DNA of 64,000 nucleotides, taken from positions 9,300,001-9,364,000 of the forward strand of contig CM102289.1 of NCBI GenBank assembly GCA_046563655.1. Reading direction: 5' to 3'. This stretch comes from Yuukianura sp. NJ FZ-2021. Lineage: Eukaryota. Made by a program: the position numbers and the translations under genes. Under the pieces are notes generated by a model, which made no database searches, was not told the origin of the DNA, and saw only the letters and a program-made list of their open reading frames with translations. Below are positions 33,976 to 47,911 of this stretch, one piece after another. Numbering within the stretch: position 1 is the first letter of the stretch; each line of letters opens with the position of its first letter.

Positions 33976-35272
33976 TTAACTGTCGGATGTCGTTTTTGAG
34001 TGACCTCCCATACCTAAGTCTTCTATTTCCGCTTCGTCTCCGCCAATTGCACGCCAGAAAGCGACAGCAACCTGTTCTGCGTAGTCTTTCCGCTGGTCTG
34101 GAGGAAGATCGTTGGCTCTGCACTTCAATGCGCTCAGTTGCTCAAAAAGGGCTTCAAAGGAACCTTCGTCTTCTTCGTCCGACGAACATAAAGCTGGAGG
34201 AATGTCTTTGTCTTGTGCTAAAATTAGTAGGAGACATAAAGCGAGTAAAATTTTTTGTAGCGAGAAGTCTATTAGGAAAAATATTTACTGGATTTGGTTG
34301 TTTCGCCGCCATCTACGGCCGTAGAGGATGAGTCAACGTCTCCAGTCGCTGCTGCCCTTCCTAGAATCATATGATGCAATTTGAAAGTTTGTTGAAGTAT
34401 TTTGTAAAATACATGAAGTAAAAGTTTATGCACAGAAAACGAAGGAATTGTAAAGTTACCTTCCCTGGTCCCTTTACGAACCATGTTGGGCCAAATATGA
34501 GCCTCGAGTGCTTGTACAATTCGTTTCAGACCGACAGTCTCTGGAAAATCGTCTTCAAGGTCATCTTCATCTGCATCAACTTGTGGATTCAATTCGACTA
34601 ATTCAAATCCATGTTTGATTCCCCACGTTACAGCTAGCAAAGACAATCATTTAAGCATTAAGTACTCAGTCTTAGTCTATCAATCAGTAGTGGATCTGAT
34701 GAAACTTTTTACCTGTTACTCTATCGATCCCTGCGTGAGGTGAAGGATTTGTGGAAGCTGGAACATCATAGCAGTAATCACATACTAAAATTTTAACCTC
34801 GCTCTGGAATTCTGTAAAGAAAGGAAGCCACTGTTCAGCATCGGATAGCCCGGTACTCTATAAAATCCAAACTCCACAAATTATTACACATGGAACGTAG
34901 TTAATTAGACCTTGATTTATTGTAATTTTTATAATTACTCGCCGAATGACTGTCAAAACACAGGATAAAGGCGTTGACATTATCTGCAAATTCTTCACTG
35001 CCCAACGTCTTTTTCTCCATCGTACAAACGTGTATGCTTGCACTGTAGTATTTTGTACTGATATTCCAAGGGTAGGCTTTGACACTGTCGACAACTTCAA
35101 TACCATCGGCGAGAGATCCTGGCTCCACCCCCAGGATACCTTAAAATTACAACGCGATTTCGATTAAACGTCATTAAAAACCAAGTTACACCAACAAATA
35201 ACAATTACCTTCGACTATCGTTTGTGGAGAAATCGTTTTGCATGAGGTCGCAACAACTGCACAAGGTTCCAT
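33976..35272 (-). CDS. AAGAB: Alpha- and gamma-adaptin-binding protein p34
   Basis: YPWNISTKYYSA, WGIKHGFELVEL, GLKRIVQALEAHIWPNMVRK, and C-terminal FEALF..AEQVAVAFWRAIGGDE. Confidence 0.93.
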
Positions 35273-36074
35273 GCTGGTAATTAATACCGTTACTGCTAAG
35301 CAGATAACAATTAAACTCAGAGATTGAAACCAAATTACAATTAAAAATGTAAATGTCAATTTTCGACAAAGATTTTGTAAACACAAGAATGCGGCTGCGC
35401 AGTGAGGTTGGAGAAACAAAAAGCTCCTACACATACGTGTAGTGCAGACACTGCCGGGTATTTCTAATTCTCAATACTTAGTTAAAGTTAATAAAATTAA
35501 TCAGTTTAACTGCATTAGCAGTATGTGACAGTAAACTAAAATTTGGCAAACACTGATGGAAATACAAATTAGTAAGGAAATACATTTTCTTGCGTGGAAA
35601 ATTACTAGATACGTTAATGAATGTCGAAACTAATTAAACCAACAGAGAAGCGTCCATGTATGGAAAACTTCAACTTTCGGGTGGTGTAGTGTCTGTGTGT
35701 TGCAGTTTTTGAGCAACCGTTTTAATTTTTTGATCCGACACGAGGACGATAGGCCCTACTCCAGCTGAGATAAGTTTTCCTGTGTACAGGTAATTGCTGA
35801 CATCAATTCAACAATTTGTTGATATAAATTAATCAATTTACTGTTTTTATAGAATAACTTATTGTTTTCAGATCTGGGACAGCTGGTATCTCCAATACTG
35901 AATCTGAAATTGAGGAGCAAACAAAACACCTACAACTTGTGTAGGCTACAAAAGGTTCGTAAGGTAGAGTAGACTTTGATTCTTAGCTTTATCGACTGTG
36001 TATTTCAGAACAAACGACTCAATTTATGTATGTTCGTGGTTTTAGGTACCCATTGTATTCCTTAGAAGTCCATC

Positions 36075-36860
36075 ATGCCGCAGAACGAGTATATCGAACT
36101 TCATCAGAAGCGACACGGGTATCGCCTGGATTACCATGAACGTCTTCGCAAACGAACTGCTCGTGAGCCTCATAAGGCAGCCGCCAAGGCTCAAGCACTC
36201 CGTGGATTGAGAGCTAAACTGTACAATAAGAAACGTCACAATGAAAAGATCCAAATGAAGAAGACAATTCGAGCTCATGAGGAGAAGATGAACAAATCAA
36301 AACCCGAAAAAGAAGTTCCATCATCCGCCGCTTTGCCAGCATATCTCCTCGATCGTGAAACTACTAACCGTTCCAAGATTCTATCCAACACAATTAAGCA
36401 AAAGAGGAAAGAAAAGGCTGGGAAGTGGCAAGTTCCTATTCCTCAAGTTAGAGCCCAGTCAGAAGCTGAAGTTTTCCGAGTTCTCAAATCCGGAAAATCT
36501 AAAAGGAAAGCCTGGAAACGTGTAGTGACAAAGATGACATTCGTTGGAGACACTTTCACGCGGAAACCTCCTAAGTTTGAGCGTTTCATTCGACCAATGG
36601 GCCTTCGAATTAAGAATGCTCATGTGACACATCCAGAGCTCAAGGCCACTTTTCAACTTCCAATTATCGGAGTAAAGAAGAACCCAAGTTCACCCATGTA
36701 CACGAGTTTGGGTGTAATTACGAAGGGAACTGTGATTGAGGTCAACGTGAGTGAACTGGGTCTTGTGAGCACCAGTGGCAAGGTCGTCTGGGGAAAGTAT
36801 GCCCAAGTAACCAATAATCCAGAAAACGACGGAGTTGTTAATGCTGTGCTCATTGTTTAA
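36075..36860 (+). CDS. NSA2: Ribosome biogenesis protein NSA2 (intronless CDS)
   Basis: [20 protein letters not shown] ... [27 protein letters not shown], 261 aa. Confidence 0.98.
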   Translation: MPQNEYIELHQKRHGYRLDYHERLRKRTAREPHKAAAKAQALRGLRAKLYNKKRHNEKIQMKKTIRAHEEKMNKSKPEKEVPSSAALPAYLLDRETTNRSKILSNTIKQKRKEKAGKWQVPIPQVRAQSEAEVFRVLKSGKSKRKAWKRVVTKMTFVGDTFTRKPPKFERFIRPMGLRIKNAHVTHPELKATFQLPIIGVKKNPSSPMYTSLGVITKGTVIEVNVSELGLVSTSGKVVWGKYAQVTNNPENDGVVNAVLIV

Positions 36861-36996
36861 AACTAAATTACAGATTCTTTTCAATAAAAAAAAATACACA
36901 AACATTTTCTGACTTTCAATTAAGCTTCTTTAATATTTTGCTCTGTAATTTGCAAAATACAATCTCAAACTGAGACTGAATTTTGCTAATTACATA

Positions 36997-37066
36997 GCGT
37001 CACACAATTACTAATTGTACTTAGTAATTGAGAGTCTCAATTTACTAATTAGTAATTGTGTGACGC
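36997..37066. repeat. 70-bp near-perfect hairpin between NSA2 and RpS25
   Basis: GCGTCACACAATTACTAATT ... AATTAGTAATTGTGTGACGC (20-bp perfect arms), plus an inner AGTAATTGAGA/TCTCAATTTACT stem. Confidence 0.85.
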
Positions 37067-37291
37067 ATACAAGATTGCCGCCCTCTAGTGCGATTTCGGA
37101 TTTGTTGATTCTCGCCCCCTCTTGTGTCTCCCATCGGCGTTAGTCACTCAATGTGCTCTACACTGCCAGAGTCCGGTCTTTGGTACATTTCAATTTGTTG
37201 TCTGTGTGTTGTTCTCTTCGATTAGTTGTTTCAATTGCAGTTGGGATCGGTAATTTCTTCAGGTCTGAGTGACTGGTCAATTACCGGATAA

Positions 37292-38001
37292 ATGGTAAGT
37301 TATATCGATTAATCAGTACATCACACTTTCATTACAAGTAAGGAAGTCAGTTTCTAAAGGCTAAGTTTAGTGTACGTTTTGAAATTGGCAGATCGAGACA
37401 GGGCAATGACAAAGGTCATGTAATTGATCATTCTGTTTCTGTTTTAGGCTCCCAAGAAGGATACGAAGGGAGCTTCCAAGGCTCCAGCAAAGGCTCCTAA
37501 GAAGAAAGAAGGAGGAGGAGGAGGCAAGGCCAAGAAGAAGGTACTTAATTCCGAACAGTTGAATATGAACTTAATCGAAGGTTTTTAGTTGATGATCTTA
37601 CTTAATTTGGCATTTTTTTGTTCGTATTTGCAGAAGTGGTCGAAAGGAAAGGTCCGAGATAAATTGAACAACTTGGTTCTGTTCGATAAGGCTACGTATG
37701 ACAAATTGATCAAGGAAGTCCCATCCTATAAGTTGATCACTCCATCAGTAGTTAGCGAAAGGCTAAAGGTCAGAGGTAGTCTGGCTCGACGGGCGCTGGA
37801 TGAACTCCTACAGAAAGGTCAGTTTTAACTTCCAGGAACAGCTGAGTTATCTAAAAATGTCCAGTCCTGTGTCTTAAATCGATTTATAAACGATCGTTGA
37901 TCTCAACAGGTCTCATTCGACGTGTTGTTAAACATTCTGCCCAGCAAATCTACACGAGGACATCCAAGGCCGAGGAAGCCGCTGCTGCTGCCGAGAAATA
38001 A
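37292..38001 (+). CDS. RPS25: 40S ribosomal protein S25, 4 exons (ATG-only first coding exon)
   Basis: [68 protein letters not shown]. Confidence 0.97.
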
Positions 38002-38146
38002 TTGTAATTTTTATGGAATAAAATCTTAAAAGTTCTACGTTTTTTCGTAATCAGTCGTTCATTTTCCAGCGCAGTGAATTTTCGAACAGCTTTTTTTAGT
38101 AACGTAAAGTCAAGTCACGTTTTGGGAAGTTTTTTTTTACATAGTT

Positions 38147-40775
38147 TTATTTTTTCCAAGTAGTTTTTACAAGATGAGCTCCTACTTCTGCTATGACGTT
38201 ACAAGCTGCATTGATATTGGATGACACAATAGTTGGCATTACAGAAGCATCAATTACACGTAAGTTTTTAACACCGATTACTCGAAGTTCTGAGTCCACT
38301 ACTGCGTCTGGATCTGATGTCCTTCCCATTGCACACGTTCCTGATGGGTGGAACAACGTCATGGTGAAATGACGCAAGTAACACTCCCAGTAAGCATCGC
38401 TGCGGAATTCTACGTCTGCGCACGTCGGAAACGGAACGGGCGACAGTTTCACGCCAACGGACTTGAAAAGTTTCGAATTTTCTATAATTTCCACGGCCAG
38501 TTTCATTCCTAAGAAGATTCAAAACGTCATGTGATATTCAAAATGTCATGTGACAGATTAACGTTGAACTTTCGTCTTACCTTCCACTGTAACGTTAACG
38601 TCCCGCTGATTTTCCAAGTACTTTGGATCAATAATCGGTTTTGAAAATGGATCTTTGTTGGCCAGTGTTATACGACCACGACTCCACGGTCTTGTAGGAA
38701 AAACAAAGACATGCAAAGCATCTTTGTCCAAATGGGGTCCCCAGAACTTGTTCAGTACTTCATAGTCAATATTCTCCTCCTCCGCAAGCATACTGAAGTT
38801 ATTCGGAATGCTGTGTCCAATCAACGACAGATGAACGTCGGGCCAAAGTGTTCGGTTTTCTCTAGCAGCATCTTCAACTTCATATTTGGTTGATACTGCT
38901 CCGACAGAGTAAACTCCGGCAGTACTCAAGGGCCCAGTGCCTTCCGTCAAGTATTCAAATATCATTGAAGGACTCATGTCACGGTCCACTTTGAATGTCA
39001 ACGGTTGGTCAATTGTAAACACTCCGACGTAAGTTCCAACGTGATCTACGAACCAAGATGATATTATCAACCGATTTTCAAAAATTTTACAAAATTTTGA
39101 AATTCCGCTGTTCATTTTTACTAAAATGCTTGCCTTGTAAGTTTTTTCCAACGCCCGGACGATCGACCTTTACCCGAACCTGCGCAGATTTGAACCAGTA
39201 AGAGTTAAATTGGCGGGAAAATTCAAATTTAGTATGTTAAATTTCTTACGCCGACTTTGTGCAACTCATTCCTCGGTCCGATTCCAGAAAGCAACAAAAG
39301 CTGAGGCGAATTAATGGCTCCTGTGCAAAACCCAAAATTTTAAAATTTACACCAAATTTCAAAATTTCAACCAAACTTTAAAATTTCAAAGCTTACCAGC
39401 GGCCAAAATGACTTCTTTGGAAGCCCTTGCTCTCATTGTGACACCGTGACGACTGTACTCCACTCCGTAAGCCCTGTTCACACTATCCAGCAGTACCTAA
39501 GTAACGACCACAAAAAAAAACTTGAAAATTTTTATATATTTCATTTTATATATTTTATAAAGTTTATATAACTAATATGAAATTGACCTTAGTAACTGTC
39601 GAGTACTTGTAAACTGTAAGGTCATGCGCATCAGACGTTTTCGCAGGATGCAGAAATGCCGAGTACGCTTCCCAACGTAAACCTTTCTTCTTCGTAAATT
39701 TAAAAGTGTCAAAACCTAACAATTAGATAAAGTTCTTGTTATTTAATCTTCACATTGATTTAAGTTTAAATTACAATTAACATTTATGTTAATTGTAATT
39801 TAATGTTAAGTTAATAAAGTTATACCTTCAGTGTAGTTTCCATTTAGATCTGCCTTGGGATATCCCGCCTCCAGCCCTGCTTGAACGAAAAAATCCGGAA
39901 GGAGTCCATGCGTCTGCTTAAATTCTTCAATTACTAATTCTCCGCTATGTCCTTTGTTCGGATCTACACAAAAGTCAGTCATCAAAATGAAAAACACTAA
40001 GGTGTTAGAAATTTTGAAATTTAGTTGAAACTTGAAATTCTACCATCATTGTCCACAAAGTTTTCAAACTTTTTGAAAAACTCTTGAACACTTTTGTAAC
40101 TCCAGATTGGATTGTCCGTTGTCTTGGCCCAATTATCATAGTCCAGGACATGCCCTCTGAGGTAAATTAGAGCATTGATGTTGCTCGTTCCGCCTTCCAT
40201 TTTCCCGCGTGGCCAATTGCTTGTCTAAAAAAACACAATGGAAAAAGTTTGTTTCAAAATATTCAAATTTTGAAACATTTTGAAAAACTTGTGTCTGCTC
40301 AACCTGATTTCGTAGAGACAGACAAGCCTTGTTCTGTGGCACTGTTTGGTACATCCAATCTGTTTCTGGTTTGTTAATTAAAAGTGGTCCCACTCCAGGA
40401 ATGTCCATCAAAGGATTCGGTTGACCTCCAGCTTCAAGCACTAACACTTTGAAATCCTTGGATAATCGGTGGGCCAACAGACTTCCACTCGTGCCTGAAC
40501 CAACTAAGGACAAAGAATCAAACCAAAACTTTGAAAAAAAAAACACTTTAAGTTTAAAAAAAAATATCAAAATTTTTGAAATTTTGGATATTACCGATAA
40601 TGAAATCGTAGACATCGTCCTGGACACTGCTGACGACTGACGAGAGACGGCACTGCAGCAAATCCCGGGTTTCGTCTGCTGCAGCAAACTCTCGGATTAG
40701 ACGCGGAATGGAATCCAGAGCAGGGTAAAGGATAGCAGGGCTGAACGCCGTTAACACCAAACTCCAAAACGCCAT
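38147..40775 (-). CDS. GMC oxidoreductase (glucose dehydrogenase [FAD, quinone]-like), multi-exon
   Basis: YDFIIVGSGTSG, VLVLEAG, PRGKMEGGTSNINALIYLRG, VILAAGAINSPQLLLLSGIGP, catalytic FHPSGTCAMG, and LRVIDASVMPTIVSSNINAA. Confidence 0.94.
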
Positions 40776-41271
40776 TAATTAACTTAACTAATTAACTTAG
40801 TACTCAATTAACTTAACTAATTAACTCGTTAATCAATTAACGTAACAAAAAGTTGCAGAAACTAAACGTTCCACTTTCACAAACAACAATAAAATGCTTA
40901 AAATTCAAAGCTCAGCAAACCTGCACACCTTTTCAGAAAAATCTTTAGAAAAAAGATGCCGTTAGAGACAGTAAATCTAAAAATATCAAAAAATACGGAA
41001 TTTTTTCACACCTTCTTGTGTGTAACTCCGTTATTTGGAGCCGTGCAATCTCAAAATTCAAAATCCGAAGTCAAAATGGACTTTATTTTTTAAATTTTTA
41101 ATAAATTTTTAAACTAGATTTCAAAAAGATAAATGTCCAACCGGAAACTTGCTTTTGAAATGGTACGAAGATGGACAATTCTTTGGAAAACTATTTACTT
41201 CCACGGACAAAATTGTAGTATAAAACTCTTATTATAAGTTTAGCTGACCCTGGAGAAGATTTGACCTCGGT

Positions 41272-41323
41272 AAAAGTGTGATTGACCAATCAGGTTACTT
41301 CAAAAGTGTGATTGACCAATCAG
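41272..41323. repeat. 22-bp direct repeat containing GACCAATCAG (CCAAT/NF-Y-like), 30-bp period
   Basis: AAAAGTGTGATTGACCAATCAG occurs twice, in the XPO1 3' region and about 500 bp upstream of the GMC ATG. Confidence 0.7.
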
Positions 41324-41387
41324 CATCCGTTTCCATTTTCCATCATGACAACTTCTCTAAGCTACAACTAAAACTGCTCTAATGCTG

Positions 41388-44300
41388 CTAATCTTGCATG
41401 TCTTCAGGGATTTCATGTGGATTCAAAATTCCCGGCACAGAGAGCTGGATTCGTCGCTTGTTGCTTTCCAATTCACGCAGCGCTGCCTCCCTCTCATCCA
41501 AGTACAAATCAGTGTCATCCTCTCCAGTAAATTCCTACAGATCAAAAAACAGTATTTCAAAATACTTCCGAAGCATCTTACACATATTGGCAAGCATCCT
41601 ATAGATACTTGCAAGTACTATTTCTCAAACTTACGCGAATCTGCACCAAGAAGTCACGAAGGTGTTCTTTGAAACCCAGCACATCTTGGTTCAGTGTGAA
41701 CATCCCCGTCACGGTGACCTTCACTTGGTGATCAGTCAAATGTGGATAAGCAGTCTTCAGCAAGTTTGCTACAAATTCCTACAACAAAATCAATTTTTTT
41801 CAAAATTTAAAAAAAAAAGTTTTTTTTTTTTTTTTTTGAAATGAAAATGTTCGTTACCTGAACAAACTGAACATTCTGCGCCGGGTCAAAGGGCCCAACA
41901 TGCTGCGGGTTCAGCGGAACTTTGATTTTTCCCAGCTCCACCGTGGTGAACAACCATGCCAAAATGCTGGCATGCATTGTGAGTCCAGCAGTATGGGAAG
42001 TATCGGTAACGACAGAGAAAATGTGCTGCACAATTTCACAGAAGAACGTTTGGAAGAAACTCTGTGCAGCAGCCTCATATACTGGCAAACTAATGTTTTG
42101 CAGCAGTAGTTGCAGTATAGCTAGTCCAGTATCCGCAACATTCCGCATCGTGTGCTTGAACGCCCACACAATAGCATCTAGTACCAATTTGAACTGCGGT
42201 GGAGGGATTTGCAAAAGTGCTGCAAAGCAGTGTGTGTTCACAGCCTAAAATTCAAAAAGTCAAAAAATTACTTTTTGTTATTCCTTTTTGGAAAAATTTC
42301 CAAAAATGCTGGAATGCTGTAGCAGCATCTTTACCTGAAGAAGGAGATAAAAGTTGGTTCGATGTTCTGGAAACTCTTCAAAATCCTTGTTGATCATTTC
42401 CAAAGTACATTCAAAGACAGCATCAAAAATTTTAGGCACGAGAGGCGTAATATGTGCTTCCAGTTTGTCCACTACTGTTGCCATGGTGCTGAGTACTTCT
42501 GGTTCACGCGCTGCTGGCACCATGGTTTGTCGGTAGTCCAGCAGAATTGCTTCTAGTAACGGTGGAATGAAATTCTCCAGGACCATTTGCGGATTGTTGG
42601 ATCTTTCCACCCAACTGGAAATCAGTTTCAGCGTTTCCTTCTTCACCACTCGCATTCCTCTGATCAGACTTTGTTTCGTGACGACTTCTCCGTTGAGCGC
42701 AATCGCTTGAGTGATGTTCTCACTCATCACTTTGTAAACATTCAGCATGTCCAGGTAAATTCGGCCCAACTGAAATACAGAAACTTGTTAGCAAGCTATC
42801 GTTAATCGATTAATGTCAATGTTAACTTATGTTAACTTACCTGGCTAACGAAACAGTGTCCAAGAGCTTTACATGCCCTGACATTCGTTTTGAGAATTGA
42901 GCACAGTTGCTTGATCGCTTCTGGATCTTTCAACACTCCAACATTTCTGGATGCTTGTGAAATTATGTCGTCCCAAACTTGATTCGGAAGTGTCATGTAC
43001 TTCTCAATAAGAATATCCTGCAATCCACTGTCCGTTTGAGCTGAAATCATGTAGCCCACTGCTTCGTAGAAAGTTTGGACCTAAAAGAAATAGCAAGCAT
43101 TAAAAGTATTACTCAACTCAGAAGTGACAAAATGTGCTGGAGCAGCATCTTACTTGCTGTGGTTGAAGATCACAAATGATAGTTGACGTTTGCGCAAGGA
43201 TTTCTTCAATAAACGGAACAACTTCACCCATTTGAACGCTAACGAAATGTCGACGACACTTTTGGGCAATTTTTATAAAAGTATCACATGCCATGTCCTG
43301 AACTCCATCGTGTGTTTCTGTAAGTACAAACGCAAGTATAAGTACTGGAAGTATTGCAAGTATTTCAGCAGTATTTCTGAAAGTATTGGCAGTTATACTT
43401 GTGAATTACAACTTACCGTGCATGAATTCAAACAATTTGTTCACCACGGTCTTGAGGAACTTCCAATGCGCTCGAAGAAATCTTGGATACTGCCCAACTA
43501 CGTACATAATGTTGGAGGCAATGATAGCTTTGTTGTCTTTTCCCTTCTTCTGTTCACACAATCCAAGCAAGTCTTTGATTACTGTCACAATGAAACGCTT
43601 CTCATCCTCCTCATGCATAGCTCCAGAAATACTGCCAATGGCCCAGCACAACTGAAAACAATAACATATTTAGTACCAATACTGGCAGTAATTATACTGC
43701 CAAGTACTTCAACAGCACATTTCTATAGAAATAAACCTTACCGTGTTCAAGTTCTTCCAAGACCATTCGTTTCCATTGACCTGGTTATGTAATTTCTTGG
43801 TCATAATTCGCTCCGTGTCGGTGCAGGAGAGATGTGTCAAGTAGACCAAAGTTTCTCTCATGTTTTTGTACAAATTGATGGAATCCGTGTCCTTCATGAA
43901 TTCACGTACAACTTCCCCGTTCTCATTCTCCACAATTAGGACTTCCTCTGGTTTGGCCATTCGACTAATCATGATTCCACGAACAAGGTGTAACGGCGCG
44001 TTGTAAAAATCTCGACGTTTCCCCGTTTCCGGAAAAGAGTCACCGCTGATATTGAAAATACTTGGAGACTGCGTAGGGATTACCGGAGATTCTCTACAAA
44101 AAAGTCAAAATGAAAAAAAGTTAGCAACTCTCTAGTACGATGAAAAGTGAATCTGTCAACTTTTTTTGAAAATATTTTTCAAAATGTGACTTACTTGTAC
44201 AAGTCTGACGTTAGGGCATTCCAGTACTCAAGGCAGATTTTGAAGATTTCGACATCATCGACTTCGGAAATATTGACAAGATACTGGAGGGCATTTGTTA

Positions 44301-45639
44301 GTTGCAGTTTTATAGCTTGGGTTTCCAGCAGTTTGCAATGTTCTTTTAGGAAAGCGCAGAGGAAAAGGGCCAAATTTTGAATAAATTGCTGATCCCGGTC
44401 AGCCGCATGAGCGTACACATCACGAATGTTAACCGTTAGCGGAATCATCTGCAATTCAGCAACAAATCATCAATCGATTAATTCATGATTCAATTAATCG
44501 AGTATAATTAAGATTTGCGTACCTGTTCAAGTTTACTCATGACGTTGGAGAAGAAGACAAGGAATCTTTCGTCGTATTGACCATAACTGTTGACACTCGC
44601 AATTTCTGTCAAACACTTCAACGTCACATTGCGAAACGCCTCCACGGGGAGAAACTGAAAAAATAAACATTTCGGTTAAGATAAATCATAACGCAGTTAA
44701 CCTTACAAATATTAAAACGTTAGTATTTTTACCTTGTTGGTAAGCATATTGATCAGTTCAGTTTCAAAAATGTATCCAAGTGGAATCCAGTTTAAGAATC
44801 TGAGAAGAGTCTCCAGTGTGACGATGATCAGAGGCACATTTGTAGCGTTCTCCATGACATACTGACAGAGAGTAAATATTTGAGAGAACTCTTGACACAT
44901 TGTGTCCTTCAAATGTTTTGCTTTCGTTTGTGTGATCTGTCCAGAAGAGAAGTCGAATATTTCTTCACTCATGAGCTTGAGGATGGTCATGTTGTTTTGA
45001 CACAGGGATTCACTGCTCTTGCTCGAACCGACGATGTCAGGAATGAATGATGTCCAGTTCTTGGGCCACTCTCGCTTCAGAATCTGCAGTTTAGAAACAT
45101 GTGATTGTCTTTTTCACACACACACAAAACTTAACATTATCGTTATAAAGTACCTGTACGAGAATCATGTTTAGTTTGTTGAGATACAGTTTTTCGTTTT
45201 CAGCAACAACGGGATCCTGCGAAGTTTTGATGATGAGTCCAACAATGTACTTTTGAATTCCTTCACACTGAATTCGTGGTAGTGCTTTCCACCGGGTTTT
45301 GATCACTTGCTCAAGAATTTGGAGGGCGAAGTACTTGGTCTGTTGATTCGTTGAGAACTCGAGAATTGCATCGACACGAGTCCAAGCGTCTGGATGTTCC
45401 TTCAATCTTGTCAATACTTCTTGAGCCAGTTTCTGCTGTTTGAACACAAATCAAGAAGGAAGAAATGAAAACTAAGTTAATGCTCGTTAATAAAGATCCG
45501 ATTGATGTTCAGTTGACTGGATGCGTACCTGATCTCCCATTCCCGAGTACATACAACCCACGACGTTATCTAGGAGTCCGATATCCAGTCGCTGCGAAAA
45601 ATCTAGCAGCTTCGATGCTTGTTCCAGCATAGTACCCAT
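41388..45639 (-). CDS. XPO1: Exportin-1 (CRM1/embargoed), multi-exon
   Basis: [49 protein letters not shown] (NES-groove Cys retained), DFEEFPEHR, and C-terminal [14 protein letters not shown]. Confidence 0.98.
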
Positions 45640-47185
45640 TTTTGTTATTCAATCTTCAAATGTCAATGTCTGCCTAGGGCTGCTCAACTAAAGTTCCCTC
45701 CGATTGTTTCCGTGTTAATCCGTCTGTTAATTGTTGTAGCTGCTTGTCCTTCCTGAAATTGAAAGCAAATTGCAATTAAAATTTGGCAATGGTTCAGCTC
45801 CAGAATGACACTGGACACCCTACCGATCTGTCGACAAGGACAACCCTATCTGTCAACTCAACAGTGACGGTGACGAGGTGACATCAGGTTACAAATTGAC
45901 CAAGCTTATCCTATATTATCGACTACTGACTATTGATTATTGAATTACAAAATTCACAACTTCTATCGTTTTGCTTTTTTTTTTGTTAACCGTACTGCTT
46001 TTCATTTGTTTCTTCGCTCGCAATTTCTTTCAATTTTGCAGGTACGTTTCCAGAGTACTTTCTTTTGTCAATTTTTGGCGACAAAAAATGTCATCCTCAT
46101 CTTGAATTAATTTACATTCTAATTAATTGTACATTGCGACAATCTAAGCTTGATCTCATGACATGAAAGCAGTGAACTGTATATAGTGACGACATTGAGA
46201 AATTGGGATGTCATGGGTTCTTAAGTTTAGAAAACAAGAGCACGTATTCATTCAACATTTGGAAGCCTAGATGTTGCCACTTATAGGCAAAAACATGCAA
46301 TGGTTCAGAAGAAAAAGGGAAGGCGCGAAGCTTAAAACGGCAACATTGCTCCGTCTAAAGAGACTTTATGGGCCCGAAAATTCTTGTTTCAATAGTCAAC
46401 AAAAGAACATGTTTTGAACAACAACTGACGTTAAAAACCAGTTTTGAAAAGATTTTACTTGCTAAATTAGACACAGATGACCTCTGACATGGTCCAGTGG
46501 ACACAGAGATCAAGGCAGGTTAAGGAAATCCCAGAAAAGTTTATTGACTTACCGAATGACGAAAGATTTTGGAAATGAACTTTGACACAAAGGGAGGAGT
46601 GCCAACCGGACAATGACAATTACACTAATTTCGCCCTTAATTGGTTAATTGTGTACTGGAATTTTTAAAAACGATGAGACAAAGATTTGTAAGATTCCGG
46701 ACAGAGAAAGCTGAAATTGGAAATGATTTCTTTCTTTTCTGAATTTTATTCCGTCATTCGCAAAAAAACACCCGTATTAATGCTCTTGGTTGAGTGCGTG
46801 AGTGTTTTTTTTTTGTATGGTCTCACTAAAAGCCTCATGCAGCACACTTAAACACTGATTAAGTCTACTAACGTATTACGTTTTATACTAGGTAAAAGTT
46901 AGTGTTAGGTAATTTTAGTTTTAATTGAACATAAAAAGATCTTTTTGTAGGTGTTAAGTTATTACCATTTGTATGACTGTATACTAATCGTGACATAGAT
47001 ATTAGAAAATAATCTTAATTCATTTTGATATTAGCGATGCCCATACATATTGCTGTGAAGATGTAATCTCACCGCCAGGGTTACGTTTCTACTGGGTATG
47101 AAGTGTTATCGGGTAAATGAGAAGAAATGGAACCCACATTATCTCCAGACTGACGTAAAAGCAGCTTAATGTTAGTCAGTCAATT

Positions 47186-47911
47186 TATGGGGCTTTAATA
47201 ACGACACTATTGAAAATATTTTTATTTTTAAAAACTTCGTAAATTACGAGGTTGAAAATTTCCAACCCCGTAAATTACGAGGTCGAAAAGTTCCAACCTC
47301 GCAAATTACGAAGTTGAAAATTTCCAACCTTGTAAATTACGGAGTAGAACTGGTGGGTACAGTCTGGTAGCCCAATCTTACTTCAACGGAGTTTCTTGTT
47401 GGTTATTGTGCACAACTCAGCACAAGCTGTAGTAACATAACGGAGGAATTGTTTCTGTGGTTACATCGGATGGAATTCCGGTTCACCTCAACCAAACGTT
47501 TTCACAGTATAGTATCGATGTATGAAAATTTGGCAAAACTCATTCCTTTGTTTAGTATTCCTATGCCATAACACGTAGTGGCAACAATGGACGGGGCTAG
47601 TCTTCTTCTGAGCTATTTCTCCCCACGGAATTAGGAGGCAAGTAAAGTGCATTTTCCAACCTCGTGAATTTTCTCGACTCCGTAAAAGGGCCACCACTTT
47701 CCGACTCCGGAACTTTTTCAACTCCGCAACTTACAAGGTTGGAAATTTCCAACTCCGTAATTTACAAGGTTGGAAATTTTCAACTTCGTAATTTGCGAGG
47801 TTGGAACTTTTCGACCTCGTAATTTACGGGGTTGGAAATTTTCAACCTCGTAATTTACGAAGTTTTTAAAAATAAAAATATTTTCAATAGTGTCGTTATT
47901 AAAGCCCCATA
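47186..47911. mobile_element. Foldback-type non-autonomous DNA transposon with 160-bp TIRs built from about 31-bp subrepeats
   Basis: 47186-47345 is the reverse complement of 47752-47911. The subrepeat CGTAAATTACGAGGTTGAAAATTTCCAACCT is repeated, and a CAATT direct repeat flanks both ends. Confidence 0.9.

Noticed and set aside
37295..37910. snoRNAs in RpS25 introns
   Set aside because: The introns are short, and no convincing paired C/D or H/ACA boxes with terminal stems were seen.
47230..47345. Regularly spaced, partly palindromic 31-bp repeats superficially like a CRISPR array
   Set aside because: There are no unique spacers and no cas genes, the context is eukaryotic, and they are subrepeats of a foldback TIR.
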